64,000 bases of DNA from Bryobacteraceae bacterium (GTDB lineage Bacteria > Acidobacteriota > Terriglobia > Bryobacterales > Bryobacteraceae): positions 1,345 through 65,344 of the forward strand of contig DAIPMT010000002.1 of the NCBI GenBank assembly GCA_036768595.1. Reading direction: 5' to 3'. Shown piece after piece: positions 8,952 to 21,723 of the stretch (its first letter is position 1; the number at the start of each line of letters is the position of its first letter). The position numbers and the translations under genes are program-made. Under the pieces are notes generated by a model. The model had not been told where the DNA came from, did not search any database, and saw nothing but the letters and a program-made list of their open reading frames with translations.

Positions 8952-9998
8952 ATGAAAAAAGTAGAAGCAGGCATTCTTGGCGCGACCGGCATGGTCGGCC
9001 AGCACTTTATTCGTTTTCTCGAGAATCATCCGTGGTTCGATCTCACATGGCTCGGTGCCAGCGAGCGTTCGGCCGGTAAACTGTACCGCGACGCCGCGAC
9101 GTGGCACTTGGGCGGCGAGACGCCGGAGTCGGTGGCATCGCGCCCGGTTTCGGCCGCGGCTCCCGGCGATGCTCCCAAGCTGTTGTTCTCGGCGATGGAT
9201 GCCGGAGTCGCCACCGAAATTGAGCAGGCCTTCGCGCGCGCCGGGCACATTGTGGTCAGCAACTCCCGCAACCACCGCATGGAGGCCGATGTGCCGCTGC
9301 TCGTGCCGGAAGTCAACGCCGATCACCTGCAATTGATCCCCGTGCAGCGCGAGCGTCGCGGCTGGCCGGGCGCGATCGTGACGAATCCCAACTGCTCGAC
9401 GGTGGTGCTGACCATGGCTCTGGCGCCGTTGCGACAGTTCGGCATCAGGAAAGTGATCACCACCACCATGCAGGCCATCTCGGGCGCCGGTTATCCTGGC
9501 GTCTCGTCGATCGATATCAATGCCAACGTGGTCCCTTTTATCGGCGGCGAAGAAGAGAAGATGGAATCCGAAACCCAGAAGATTCTGGGCGATTATCGCG
9601 AGCATCGCATCGCCCCGCTCGAGGCCGTGGTAAGCGCCCACTGCAATCGCGTGCCGGTGCTGGACGGGCATACCATCACCGTCTCGGTGCAACTCGAACG
9701 GAAACCCGGCGTGGACGCCGTGCGCCAGGCGCTGACCAGCTTTCGCGGTGTGCCGCAGGAGCGCCAGTTGCCGAGCGCTCCGTGCCGCCCCGTGCAATAC
9801 CTGGAGCAGCGCGATCGCCCGCAGCCGCGCAAGGACGTCGAGCGCGATCGCGGCATGGCTACCTTTATCGGCCGTCTGCGTGAGTGCCCGGTGCTCGACT
9901 ACAAATTCGTCGCGCTCGGCCACAACACAGTACGCGGCGCGGCCGGCGCGGCCGTGTTAAATGCCGAACTGATGGCTTCAGAAGGCTGGTTGGATTAG
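8952..9998 (+). CDS. asd: Aspartate-semialdehyde dehydrogenase
   Basis: 348 aa. GILGATGMVGQ Rossmann motif, active-site NPNCSTV, C-terminal GHNTVRGAAG. Confidence 0.95.
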   Translation: MKKVEAGILGATGMVGQHFIRFLENHPWFDLTWLGASERSAGKLYRDAATWHLGGETPESVASRPVSAAAPGDAPKLLFSAMDAGVATEIEQAFARAGHIVVSNSRNHRMEADVPLLVPEVNADHLQLIPVQRERRGWPGAIVTNPNCSTVVLTMALAPLRQFGIRKVITTTMQAISGAGYPGVSSIDINANVVPFIGGEEEKMESETQKILGDYREHRIAPLEAVVSAHCNRVPVLDGHTITVSVQLERKPGVDAVRQALTSFRGVPQERQLPSAPCRPVQYLEQRDRPQPRKDVERDRGMATFIGRLRECPVLDYKFVALGHNTVRGAAGAAVLNAELMASEGWLD

Positions 9999-11369
9999 AT
10001 GATCGTGATGAAGTTCGGCGGCACGAGCGTGGAGTCGGCCGCCGCCATCGAACGCATGGCCGGCATCGTCAAGTCGCGCCAGGAACGCCGTCCCATAGTG
10101 GTGGTTTCGGCCATGGGCAAGACCACCAACCGGCTCCTGGCATTGGCGCAATCGGCAATTGACGGCCAGCGCGACCAGTACATCGCGCAGTTGCACGACC
10201 TGCGCTCGTTCCATTCGCGCGAGGCGCGTCAAATCGTCCCGCTGTCGCATCGCGCCGAGCTCGACCGCACCCTCGACGAGCATTTTCAGGAGCTGACAGA
10301 ACTGGTGAAAGGCCTGGCGGTGCTGGGCGAGCTGACGCCGCGTTCGATCGACGCCATTTCCAGCTACGGCGAGCGGCTGTCAAGCTTCATCGTGGCGCTG
10401 GCTTTTCGTCATTTCGGCATGGAGGCAGCGCATGTGGATGCCCGCCGCGTGATCGTCACGAACCAGCGCCACACGCACGCAGCGCCGCTGTGGGGCCCGA
10501 CCTACAGCCGGTTGGCCGAGACCATTCCGCCGCTGGCCGAGCACGCCGTGGTGGTCATGGGCGGCTTTATCGGGTCGACGGAAAGCGGTGTGACGACGAC
10601 GCTGGGGCGCGGTGGCAGTGATTTTACGGCGTCCATCGTGGGCGCAGGTATCGGCGCGGAGGAAATTCAGATCTGGACCGACGTAGACGGCATGCTGACC
10701 GCCGATCCCACCATTTTTCGCGGTGGGCATCGTGTCAAGACCATCTCCTTTGCGGAAGCCGCGGAACTGGCCTACTTCGGCGCCAAGGTGCTGCATCCGG
10801 CAACAGTAGTGCCGGCCATCGAGAAGAACATTCCGGTGTACATTCTGAATTCGCGGCGTCCCAGCGTGCCGGGCACGCGTATTGTGGCCGAGGCCGTGCC
10901 CTGCCGCAACGCCGTAAAGTCGATCGCCTGCAAGCGCAACATCTCGGTGGTCAATGTGCATTCGAGCAGCATGTTGATGGCGCACGGTTTTCTGCGCCGC
11001 ATCTTCGAGAGCTTCGATCGCCACGAAACCGCCGTCGATATGGTGGCCACCTCGGAAGTTTCGGTTTCGCTGACCATCGACAACACCGCGCGGCTGCCCG
11101 ACATCATGCGCGACCTGCGTGAGTTTTCCGAGGTGCAGGTGGAGGCGGCCCAAACCATCGTGTGCCTGGTTGGCGACAACATCCGCTTTTCGAAGGGCGT
11201 CGCCTCGCGCGTCTTCGGCGTCCTGGACGCCGTCAATATTCGCATGATTTCTCAAGGCGCGTCTCTGCTGAACCTAAGTTTCGTGGTGGCCGACAGCGAC
11301 GTGGCGCAAGTAGTGGAGAGGCTGCACCACGAGTTCTTTTCCGAGCTCGACCCGGAGGTGTTTGAATGA
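9999..11369 (+). CDS. lysC: Aspartate kinase
   Basis: 456 aa. MIVMKFGGTSV start, GRGGSDFTA motif, C-terminal ACT-like region. Abuts the asd stop. Confidence 0.95.
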   Translation: MIVMKFGGTSVESAAAIERMAGIVKSRQERRPIVVVSAMGKTTNRLLALAQSAIDGQRDQYIAQLHDLRSFHSREARQIVPLSHRAELDRTLDEHFQELTELVKGLAVLGELTPRSIDAISSYGERLSSFIVALAFRHFGMEAAHVDARRVIVTNQRHTHAAPLWGPTYSRLAETIPPLAEHAVVVMGGFIGSTESGVTTTLGRGGSDFTASIVGAGIGAEEIQIWTDVDGMLTADPTIFRGGHRVKTISFAEAAELAYFGAKVLHPATVVPAIEKNIPVYILNSRRPSVPGTRIVAEAVPCRNAVKSIACKRNISVVNVHSSSMLMAHGFLRRIFESFDRHETAVDMVATSEVSVSLTIDNTARLPDIMRDLREFSEVQVEAAQTIVCLVGDNIRFSKGVASRVFGVLDAVNIRMISQGASLLNLSFVVADSDVAQVVERLHHEFFSELDPEVFE

Positions 11370-12055
11370 AGCTGGCGATTGTGGGCTACGGCAAAATGGG
11401 GCGGCTGCTGGACAGTCTCGCGCCCGAATACGGCATGGAGACCGCATTGAAGCTCGACGAGTTCAACAACGCGGACTACGCCGGCATCACGCGCGAGGCG
11501 TTCGAGGGCATCGACGTCGCGATTGATTTCTCAACGCCTGAAGCCGTGGTGCCCAATGTGGAGCGCATCGCGGCGCTGGGTGTCAACATGGTGATCGGCA
11601 CCACCGGATGGAACGAGCAGATGGATCGCGTGAAGCAGTTAACGGAAGACCACGGCGTGGGCCTGGTCTGGAGTCCCAATTTCTCCATAGGCGTGAACAT
11701 TTTTTCGCGCGTCGTGACTGAAGCGGCGCGTTGGATGGCGATTCAGCCGGGTTACGAGGCGTGGGCCTATGAAATACACCACTCGCAGAAGAAAGATGCG
11801 CCATCCGGGACGCTGCTGAAGCTCACCGAGGACATGCGTAAAGCCGGCTACCAACGCCGCATCGACGTGGCGTCGAACCGCGCCGGCGCGCATCCCGGTA
11901 CCCATGAGATCGGCTTCGATTCGGCGGCCGACACCATAGAACTGCGGCATATAGCGCGCAGTCGCGAGGGTTTTGCGCGCGGCGCTCTGGCGGCGGCTCG
12001 CTGGGTGGTGGGGCGCAAGGGCTTCCACGAATTTTCCGAGGTTCTGTTTCAGTAG
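11366..12055 (+). CDS. dapB: 4-hydroxy-tetrahydrodipicolinate reductase
   Basis: 229 aa. MKLAIVGYGKMG nucleotide-binding start, EIHHSQKKDAPSGT motif. ATGA overlap with lysC. Confidence 0.9.
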   Translation: MKLAIVGYGKMGRLLDSLAPEYGMETALKLDEFNNADYAGITREAFEGIDVAIDFSTPEAVVPNVERIAALGVNMVIGTTGWNEQMDRVKQLTEDHGVGLVWSPNFSIGVNIFSRVVTEAARWMAIQPGYEAWAYEIHHSQKKDAPSGTLLKLTEDMRKAGYQRRIDVASNRAGAHPGTHEIGFDSAADTIELRHIARSREGFARGALAAARWVVGRKGFHEFSEVLFQ

Positions 12056-12068
12056 AATTGAGGGCGAT

Positions 12069-12971
12069 ATGTTTACAGGCTGCGGCACGGCACTGGTAAC
12101 TCCCTTTCGCGCGGATCTGTCGCTGGACGAACGCGCTATGGGCGCGCTGGTTCGGCGTCAGATCGATGCCGGCATCGATTTTCTGGTGCCCTGTGGCACT
12201 ACCGGCGAAAGCCCCACGCTCACCCGCGAGGAACATCTGCGCGTGGTCGAGATCACGGTGGAAGAGGCGGCCGGCAAGACCCCGGTGCTGGCCGGCGCGG
12301 GCGGCTACAACACGCGCGAAGTGATCGAGCTGGCGCGTGAGGTGGAAAAGCTGGGCGCACAGGGTATTCTGTCGGTCACGCCTTACTACAACAAGCCCAC
12401 GCAGACCGGTCTGTACGAACATTACAAGGCCATCGCCGGCGCGGTCAGCCTGCCCATCATCGTCTACAGCGTGCAGGGCCGCACCGGCGTCAACGTGGAG
12501 CCCGCCACGCTCAAGCGGCTAGCCGAAATCGACAATATCGTGGGCGTGAAGGAAGCCTCGGGCAACATTTCGCAGATGGCGTCGGTGGTGCATCAGGTCC
12601 CGGAGGACTTCGCGGTGCTTTCGGGCGATGACGCCGTCACGATCCCGCTCATCGCGCTGGGCGGCCGGGGCATTATCTCGGTGGCCTCGAACGAAATTCC
12701 GGCCGAAATGACGGCCATCTCGCGGGCCGCGCTCGATGGTGATTTCCCCAAAGCGCGCGCGCTCCAGCGGCGCTGGCTGCCCGTGATGGAGATGAATTTT
12801 ATAGAGGCCAATCCGATTCCGATGAAGGCCGCGATGGCGCACATGGGGCTGCTCGAGCTGGTGTACCGGCTGCCCATGACGCCGCCATCCCAAGCCAACA
12901 GCGAGCGTATTGCGGCGGTGCTGAAGAGCGCCGGTCTTTTGAGGAGCGAAACGCTTGCAGGCGGCCATTGA
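12069..12971 (+). CDS. dapA: 4-hydroxy-tetrahydrodipicolinate synthase
   Basis: Start moved to ATG 12069 (MFTGCGTALVTPF). GTTGESPTLT motif, YNKPTQ, Schiff-base region VGVKEASG. Confidence 0.95.
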   Translation: MFTGCGTALVTPFRADLSLDERAMGALVRRQIDAGIDFLVPCGTTGESPTLTREEHLRVVEITVEEAAGKTPVLAGAGGYNTREVIELAREVEKLGAQGILSVTPYYNKPTQTGLYEHYKAIAGAVSLPIIVYSVQGRTGVNVEPATLKRLAEIDNIVGVKEASGNISQMASVVHQVPEDFAVLSGDDAVTIPLIALGGRGIISVASNEIPAEMTAISRAALDGDFPKARALQRRWLPVMEMNFIEANPIPMKAAMAHMGLLELVYRLPMTPPSQANSERIAAVLKSAGLLRSETLAGGH

Positions 12972-13791
12972 AGAGTTGTTTGAGAAGCAGCCGGGAAACT
13001 ACAGCCCGGCCGATCGTGAACTGTTCGACCAATTTAAAGCGGCACTGAACGCGGGCACGGTGCGCGCCGCGGAGCCGGATGCCGCGGCGCCCGGCGGGTG
13101 GCGTGTCAACGGGTGGGTCAAAAAAGGCATCCTGGCGGGCTTCCGCATCGGCGGCATTGCCGATATGTCGATCGACACCGCGCGCCAGCCGTTCTTCGAT
13201 AAGTCAACGTACCCGGTGCGCGCTCTCAACGCCCAGAGCGGCGTCCGCGTGGTTCCCGGCGGGTCGAGCATCCGCGACGGATGCTACCTGGGCACCGGCC
13301 TGACCTGCATGCCGCCCATGTACATCAACGTGGGCGCCTGGGTCGACGACGGCACCATGGTGGATTCGCATGCGCTGATCGGCAGCTGCGCGCAGGTCGG
13401 CAAGCGCTGCCATGTTTCGGCGGCGTCGCAGATCGGCGGCGTGCTGGAACCGGTGGGCGCGCTGCCGGTGATTATTGAAGACGACGTGCTGATCGGCGGC
13501 AATTGCGGTGTATATGAGGGCACCATCGTCAAGCGCCGCGCGGTGCTGGGAACCGGCACCATCCTGAATCGCTCCACCCCGGTCTACGATTTGGTGCGCC
13601 ACGCCGTCTACCGCGCCACGGACGACGCCCCGCTGATCATCCCCGAAGAAGCGGTCGTGGTGGCGGGCTCGCGCGCCGTGGCGAGCGGCGCCGGCAAGGA
13701 CTGGGGCATCTCGCTCTACACGCCGGTTATTGTGAAATATCGCGACCAGAAGACCGATACCAAGATTCAGCTGGAGGATTTTCTGCGATGA
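12955..13791 (+). CDS. dapD: 2,3,4,5-tetrahydropyridine-2,6-dicarboxylate N-succinyltransferase
   Basis: 278 aa with hexapeptide-repeat (LbH) core (VDSHALIGSCAQVGKRCHVSAASQIGGVLEP...IEDDVLIGGNCGV). Follows dapA. Confidence 0.9.
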   Translation: MQAAIEELFEKQPGNYSPADRELFDQFKAALNAGTVRAAEPDAAAPGGWRVNGWVKKGILAGFRIGGIADMSIDTARQPFFDKSTYPVRALNAQSGVRVVPGGSSIRDGCYLGTGLTCMPPMYINVGAWVDDGTMVDSHALIGSCAQVGKRCHVSAASQIGGVLEPVGALPVIIEDDVLIGGNCGVYEGTIVKRRAVLGTGTILNRSTPVYDLVRHAVYRATDDAPLIIPEEAVVVAGSRAVASGAGKDWGISLYTPVIVKYRDQKTDTKIQLEDFLR

Positions 13792-14615
13792 TCGCGCTCG
13801 ATGGCAAAGTGGCGCTGGTGACGGGGTCGGGACGAGGCATCGGCCGGGCCATAGCGTTGAAGTTGGCGGCAGCCGGGGCCAGCGTGATGATCAACGATCT
13901 CGATGCCGGGCCGAGCCATGAGTCGGCGGATCTGATAACAGCAGCGGGCGCGCAGTCCGGGCAACTCGCGGGTGATCTGACTCAACCCGGTTTCCCCGAG
14001 GCGCTGGTCAACGCCACGGTCGAGCGTTTTGGCCGCCTCGACATTATCGTGAACAACGCCGGCTACACTTGGGACAATGTGATCCAGAAGACCACGGATG
14101 AGCAGTTTCAATCGATGCTCGACATCCACGTGGTCGCGCCGTTCCGCGTGCTGCGGGCGGCGTCGCGTTTCATCCGCGAGTGGGCCAAGGCGGAAGCCGC
14201 GGAGGGGCGCCGCGTGGTGCGCAAAGTGGTCAACATCACGTCGATCGCGGCAACTGACGGCGGCCCGGGCCAAGCCGGATACGCTTCGGGCAAAGCGGCC
14301 GTAATCGGCCTGACACGGACTTTGGCGAAAGAGTGGGGCCGCTACAACGTCAACGTGAACTGCGTCGGCTTCGGCCTGATTGAAACGCGCCTGATCCAGC
14401 CCATCACGGATCGCCCCGCCACCATCGCGGTGCACGGGCGCGATATTCCGGTAGGCGTGCAGCCGAAGACGCTCGAGGCCGTGAAGACGCTCAGTCCCTT
14501 GGGGCGCGCCGGCAGCGTGGAAGAGGCGGCCGGCCCAGTTTTGTTCTTCTGCTCGGACCTCAGCGACTTCGTCACCGGCGAAGTTTTGATGTGCAGCGGA
14601 GGCATGCACTTTTAA
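13788..14615 (+). CDS. Short-chain dehydrogenase/reductase (FabG-like)
   Basis: TGSGRGIGRAIA cofactor motif, NNAG, catalytic YASGKAA (YxxxK). ATGA overlap with dapD. Confidence 0.85.
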   Translation: MIALDGKVALVTGSGRGIGRAIALKLAAAGASVMINDLDAGPSHESADLITAAGAQSGQLAGDLTQPGFPEALVNATVERFGRLDIIVNNAGYTWDNVIQKTTDEQFQSMLDIHVVAPFRVLRAASRFIREWAKAEAAEGRRVVRKVVNITSIAATDGGPGQAGYASGKAAVIGLTRTLAKEWGRYNVNVNCVGFGLIETRLIQPITDRPATIAVHGRDIPVGVQPKTLEAVKTLSPLGRAGSVEEAAGPVLFFCSDLSDFVTGEVLMCSGGMHF

Positions 14616-14635
14616 CTTTTCTTGTACGCTGGGTT

Positions 14636-15451
14636 ATGCGTCCGTTTCTGGTGATCGCGGTGGCCGCGCTGCTATCCGCATCGACCGATTACAAATCCGC
14701 GCAGGAGGAGTGGCGCCGGGACTACCAGGCCAGTCTCCTGGCGCCCACGGGCTGGCTGGCTGTCGCGGGCCTTTTCTGGCTTCACAACGGTGAGAACCGC
14801 ATCGGATCGGCGCCGTCAAACGACATCGTGCTGCCCAAATCCGCCCCCGCGTCGGCGGGCACCATCACGTTGCACGCGGACCACGTGACCGTGGCGCTGC
14901 CGGGACACGCGGGCGAAGTGAAGCTTGATGAGCAGAAGCTTCCACTGGGGCGGCTGACACTCATGGCCGTCAAGCGCGACAAACGCTATGGCATCCGCTT
15001 ATGGGACCCAGATGCCGACTCAGTTCGCCACTTCAGCGGCCTGCACTGGTACACCGTGGATGCCAACGCGCGCATCGAAGCCCGCTGGATCCCCTACGAT
15101 CACCCCAAACAGATTCCGATCGTCAGCATATTGGGCTACACCGAAATGAACACCGCGCCTGGCGCCGCCGAATTTCACTGGAAAGGCAAGCTCTATCGGG
15201 TAGAGCCCGTGATCGAAGAAGACCACTTGTTCCTGATGTTCAAAGATCCAACCTCCCGCCACGAAACCTACCCATCGGGCCGCTTCCTCACCGTCGCGAT
15301 GCCGCGCGATGGAAAAGTAATTCTCGATTTCAACCAGGCGCGCAATCCGCCGTGCGCGTTCACATCTTTTGCGACCTGCCCCATCCCGCCGAAACAGAAT
15401 TTTCTGGATCAGCCGGTGCTGGTGGGCGAGAAGCGCTACGGACATCACTAA
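14636..15451 (+). CDS. DUF1684 domain protein (secreted)
   Basis: Start moved to ATG 14636 (signal-like [15 protein letters not shown]). C-terminal motif ETYPSGRF...[21 protein letters not shown], characteristic of DUF1684 as I recall it. Confidence 0.7.
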   Translation: MRPFLVIAVAALLSASTDYKSAQEEWRRDYQASLLAPTGWLAVAGLFWLHNGENRIGSAPSNDIVLPKSAPASAGTITLHADHVTVALPGHAGEVKLDEQKLPLGRLTLMAVKRDKRYGIRLWDPDADSVRHFSGLHWYTVDANARIEARWIPYDHPKQIPIVSILGYTEMNTAPGAAEFHWKGKLYRVEPVIEEDHLFLMFKDPTSRHETYPSGRFLTVAMPRDGKVILDFNQARNPPCAFTSFATCPIPPKQNFLDQPVLVGEKRYGHH

Positions 15452-15452
15452 C

Positions 15453-16010
15453 ATGCTGGTGCTAGCCTCCCGATCCCCGCGCAGAAAACAGTTGCTGACC
15501 AATGCCGGATTCGAGTTCGTCGTGCGCCCGGCCGACGTGGACGAAACGACGAAGCCACACGAGAATCCGGAAGATTTCATCCAGCGCCTGGCCCAGGAAA
15601 AGGCCGCGGCAGTGGAGTGCGCGCCGGGAGAAATCGTGCTGGGCGCCGACACGGCCGTCGTGATGAAGAGCGAGATCTTCGGCAAACCCCGAGATGCCCA
15701 GGAAGCCGTGCGCATGCTGACGGCCCTGCAGGGTCGCAAGCATGAAGTGTTGACCGGCGTATGCCTGCGCTCGCGCCACAAAACATGTCACGACTACGCC
15801 TCAACCGAGGTCTGGTTTCTGCCCATGAACGAAGCCGACATCCAGGACTATGTGCGCAGTGGCGAGCCGCTCGACAAAGCCGGCGCATATGCCATTCAGG
15901 GCCTGGCGTCGAAATTCATTGAGCGCATCCACGGCCCGTACAGCAACGTCGTGGGACTGCCGGTTTCGCTGGTGTGGCGAATGCTGCGCTCATTTGACAA
16001 GGAAGACTAA
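15453..16010 (+). CDS. maf: Maf-like nucleoside triphosphate pyrophosphatase
   Basis: Start moved to ATG 15453. [31 protein letters not shown] motifs. Confidence 0.9.
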   Translation: MLVLASRSPRRKQLLTNAGFEFVVRPADVDETTKPHENPEDFIQRLAQEKAAAVECAPGEIVLGADTAVVMKSEIFGKPRDAQEAVRMLTALQGRKHEVLTGVCLRSRHKTCHDYASTEVWFLPMNEADIQDYVRSGEPLDKAGAYAIQGLASKFIERIHGPYSNVVGLPVSLVWRMLRSFDKED

Positions 16011-16891
16011 CGGCCGCCGAACGTGTCGCAAGCAGAGACCTGCCCGCTATCCAGACCACGCCGGAAAGCAGCCGTGCGCTGCGCCGAACTGCCGTGCGTA
16101 AAGGTTTCCGGACTGACGTGCCCGGTAGCCATGCGCTGCAGGCGGTCGTCTCCCACTGCGGCGGCCGCGGCCAAGCCCTGCTCTACGTCGTTCTCGTGCA
16201 CAAAATGGCGCTGCTCCGTAGTGTTGCCCCATACCCCGGCGAAGCAATCGGCCTGCAGTTCCAGCCGCACCGAAACAGCGTTGGCTGCGCCGCGGTTGCG
16301 CTGTTCAAGATCCTGCGCCCGCCGTTGGATGCCGAGCAGTTTTTGCACGTGATGCCCGATCTCATGTGCCAGCACGTAAGCCTGTGCGAATTCGCCGGGC
16401 GCGCCAAATCGGTTCTTCAATTCATCGTAGAAGCCCAGGTCTATATAAACCTTCTCGTCCTCGGGGCAGTAAAAAGGCCCGGTGGCCGCTTGTGCCGCCC
16501 CGCAGCCTGAGTCAATGGAATCGCGGAACAGCACCAGATGCGCGTGGTGGTAATTAACGCCGGTCTGCTGCGGCAGAAGCTTGTCCCACGTGTGCTGCAC
16601 GTCGTCCAGAACGAACGAAACGAACTGGACTTCCGGCTGTTCGGCCGCGTCTTTGGCCCGATCGGGCTGCCCTTGTTCGACATTCGCGACCGGCGCGCCC
16701 GTGAAGATGCTGAACAGATTGGAGTGGAAAAAGTAGCTTAAAACAAGCAGCACAATCGTGCCGCCGATGCCCAGGTGAATGCCTCCAAAGCCGCCTCCAC
16801 CGCCGCCAAAGCCGCCAAATCCGCCGCCGCCCCCGCTGCTGTCTCGGCGATCTTCAATATCCTCACTGGTACCGCCCGGGGTCCATTCCAT
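16007..16891 (-). CDS. ypfJ: YpfJ-family neutral zinc metallopeptidase (membrane anchored)
   Basis: Gly-rich N-terminus ([18 protein letters not shown]), TM helix, HEIGHH zinc motif, [12 protein letters not shown]. Confidence 0.8.
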   Translation of the reverse strand: MEWTPGGTSEDIEDRRDSSGGGGGFGGFGGGGGGFGGIHLGIGGTIVLLVLSYFFHSNLFSIFTGAPVANVEQGQPDRAKDAAEQPEVQFVSFVLDDVQHTWDKLLPQQTGVNYHHAHLVLFRDSIDSGCGAAQAATGPFYCPEDEKVYIDLGFYDELKNRFGAPGEFAQAYVLAHEIGHHVQKLLGIQRRAQDLEQRNRGAANAVSVRLELQADCFAGVWGNTTEQRHFVHENDVEQGLAAAAAVGDDRLQRMATGHVSPETFTHGSSAQRTAAFRRGLDSGQVSACDTFGGR

Positions 16892-16908
16892 GTGTATTAC
16901 GGGAGCAA

Positions 16909-18467
16909 CTAAGGGGCCAACATACGCAGGTCAATGCCCGTCATCTCCCGGGGTTTTTCGACCCCGAGGACGCCCAGCACTGTGGGCGCCAGATCGCGCA
17001 ACGCGCCGCTTGCCCGCAGCTTACACCCGCTGTCGTCCACCAGAATCAGTGGTACCGGGTTGGTCGTGTGATACGTGTGCGGCCCGCGTGTCATAGGGTC
17101 GATCATCATCTCGGCATTGCCATGGTCGGCCGTGATGAGCCATGCGAAGTTGTGGTCTCGCAGAGTTTTCCATATTTCCCCGAGACACGCGTCGACCGTC
17201 TCCACCGCCCGCACCGTGGGCTCGATCTGGCCCGAGTGGCCCACCATATCGGCGTTGGCAAAGTTCATCACGATCACGTCGAAGCCGCCCTTGCCGATGG
17301 CGCGCGTTACCACGCCGGTAACACCTTCCGCGCTCATCTCCGGCTTCAAATCGTAGGTCGCGACCTTGGGTGACGCGACCATCTCGCGCTCTTCCCCGCC
17401 GTATGCCTGCTCATTGCCGCCGTTGAAAAAGTAGGTGACGTGCGCGTATTTCTCGGTCTCGGCGACGCGCAGATTGCGCCAGTTTTCCTGAGCCATGACG
17501 TTGGCCAGGATGTGGTTGGGATGTTCTTTGGGCAGCACGAACGGTACGCCGAACGACTTTTCGTACTGCGTCATGGTGGTGTAGTGCAGGTTGCGCGGGG
17601 CGCTCGAGCGCGCCGGGCGTTCGAGCGCCGGGCTGATCAGCGCTTCGGTCATCTCGCGGGCGCGGTCGGCGCGGTAGTTGAAGAAAATAACGCTGTCCTC
17701 GTCGCGAATCAGGCCGACCGGATGCTGTCGCGCATCCACCACCGTAGCGGGCTCGATGAACTCGTCGGTGACGCCGGCGCGGTAGGAACTTTCGACAGCT
17801 TCCACGGCGTCTTGCACTTTACGGCCCGTGCCGTGGACCATGGCGTTGAAGGCCAGTTCGATGCGTTCCCAGCGCTTGTCGCGGTCCATGGCATAGTAGC
17901 GGCCGGATACTGAAGCGATGCGGCCCACGCCGATTTCGTCGATCTGTTTTTGCAGTTCGCGCAGATAGCCCGCGCCGCTGTTGGGGCCGGTGTCGCGGCC
18001 ATCCATGAAGGCGTGCACAAACACGTTTTGAACACCCTCCTGGCGCGCCATCCGGAGCAGGGCATACAGGTGCTGCAACTGGGCGTGCACGCCGCCGTCG
18101 CTGCACAGGCCGAGCAGGTGCAACTGCCGGTTGTCCCGGGCGTGGCGCATGGCGTCCAGCAGCTTGGGCTGCCGGAAAAATTCGCCGTTCAGGATCATGA
18201 GGTCGATGCGGGTGACGTCCATGTGGATCACGCGGCCCGCGCCGATGTTCATGTGGCCGACTTCGCTGTTGCCCATCTGGCCGGGGGGCAGGCCCACCGA
18301 AGGACCCGAGGTACTGACCAGCGTGTTCGGGAAATCGCGCAGCAGGCGGTCGTAGTTGGGCTTGCGCGCCTGGGCGATGGCGTTGCCCTCGACGGCGGGG
18401 CTGTAGCCCCACCCGTCGAGAATGGTCAGAACCAGCGGCTTGGGGCGAGACACTTTGGGGCGAACCA

Positions 18468-18468
<1 letters not shown>
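16909..18468 (-). CDS. gpmI: 2,3-bisphosphoglycerate-independent phosphoglycerate mutase
   Basis: 519 aa. [19 protein letters not shown] (catalytic Ser), ADHGNAE. Confidence 0.95.
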
Positions 18469-21015
<2,547 letters not shown>

Positions 21016-21047
21016 TTTAGTTGTCCTGTAAATTTGCGGGGCAGGGC

Positions 21048-21075
21048 TTGACTTTTGTAATCAAGTCCATATGAT
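21048..21075 (+). promoter_or_regulatory. Putative sigma-70 promoter for rpsU
   Basis: TTGACT (21048-21053), 16-nt spacer, TATGAT (21070-21075). About 60 nt upstream of the rpsU start, in the divergent glgC/rpsU intergenic region. Confidence 0.4.
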
Positions 21076-21134
21076 ATCAGTACCTTGGGCGTGCCCCGGG
21101 TAAATCTGCCGATGGATGGGAGGTGTTTTTTCGT

Positions 21135-21332
21135 TTGGCAGAAGTAAAAATTCAAGAGGGCGAAACCATTGAGAATGCCCTCCGCCGCTTCAAACGTAAG
21201 GTCCAGCAAGAGGACATTATCAAAGAAGTCAAGAGACATTCCTTCTATCTGAAGCCAGGTGAGAAGAAGCGGGTCAAGCAAGCGCTGGCTCGTAAACGGA
21301 ACCGGAAGAAGAGTCGCCGGGAAGTGGAATAG
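21135..21332 (+). CDS. rpsU: 30S ribosomal protein S21
   Basis: AEVKIQEGETIENALRRFKRKVQQEDIIKEVKRHSFYLKPGEKKR is classic S21. I prefer TTG at 21135, 12 nt after GGGAGG (21118-21123). The track start, GTG 21123, overlaps that SD. Confidence 0.9.
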   Translation: MAEVKIQEGETIENALRRFKRKVQQEDIIKEVKRHSFYLKPGEKKRVKQALARKRNRKKSRREVE

Positions 21333-21408
21333 TCCAGTTGGTTTTGGATAGCGGCCAGAGTTGTCCGCTTTGGCCGCGCCAAGGCCACGTTGCCTTGGGG
21401 AGCTAACA

Positions 21409-21714
21409 ATGGAGTTTCAGGATCGAGTTATCAAGTGCTGCGACTGCGAGCAAGATTTTATCTTCACCGCGGGCGAGCAGCACTTCTTCCACGATAAGAA
21501 TTTCAAGAACGAGCCGAAGCGTTGCAAGGCGTGCAAGAACAAGCGCCAAGGGCACGCATCCGCCGGACCGGGCCGCACCGAGACCAGCACCAATTGCTCG
21601 CAATGCGGACGCGAGACGACGGTGCCTTTCAAGCCGACCCAGGGGCGACCGGTGTTTTGCCGGGAATGCTTTCTGGTGCGCAAGGGGAGTGCTGCCGTCA
21701 GCGTCAGCGCTTGA
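21409..21714 (+). CDS. Zinc-ribbon protein with two CxxC...CxxC units
   Basis: Start moved to ATG 21409 (MEFQDRVIKCCDCEQDFIFTAGEQHFF...RCKACKNKR; CSQCGRETTVPF...PVFCRECF). Duplicated zinc-ribbon pattern. Confidence 0.6.
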   Translation: MEFQDRVIKCCDCEQDFIFTAGEQHFFHDKNFKNEPKRCKACKNKRQGHASAGPGRTETSTNCSQCGRETTVPFKPTQGRPVFCRECFLVRKGSAAVSVSA

Positions 21715-21723
21715 GCGTTCCTA

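Noticed and set aside
16779-16850. Run of GGC/GCC/CCG-rich repeats that looks like a DNA tandem repeat.
   Set aside because: It encodes the Gly-rich N-terminal segment ([18 protein letters not shown]) that is a normal feature of YpfJ-family peptidases. It is not an independent repeat element.
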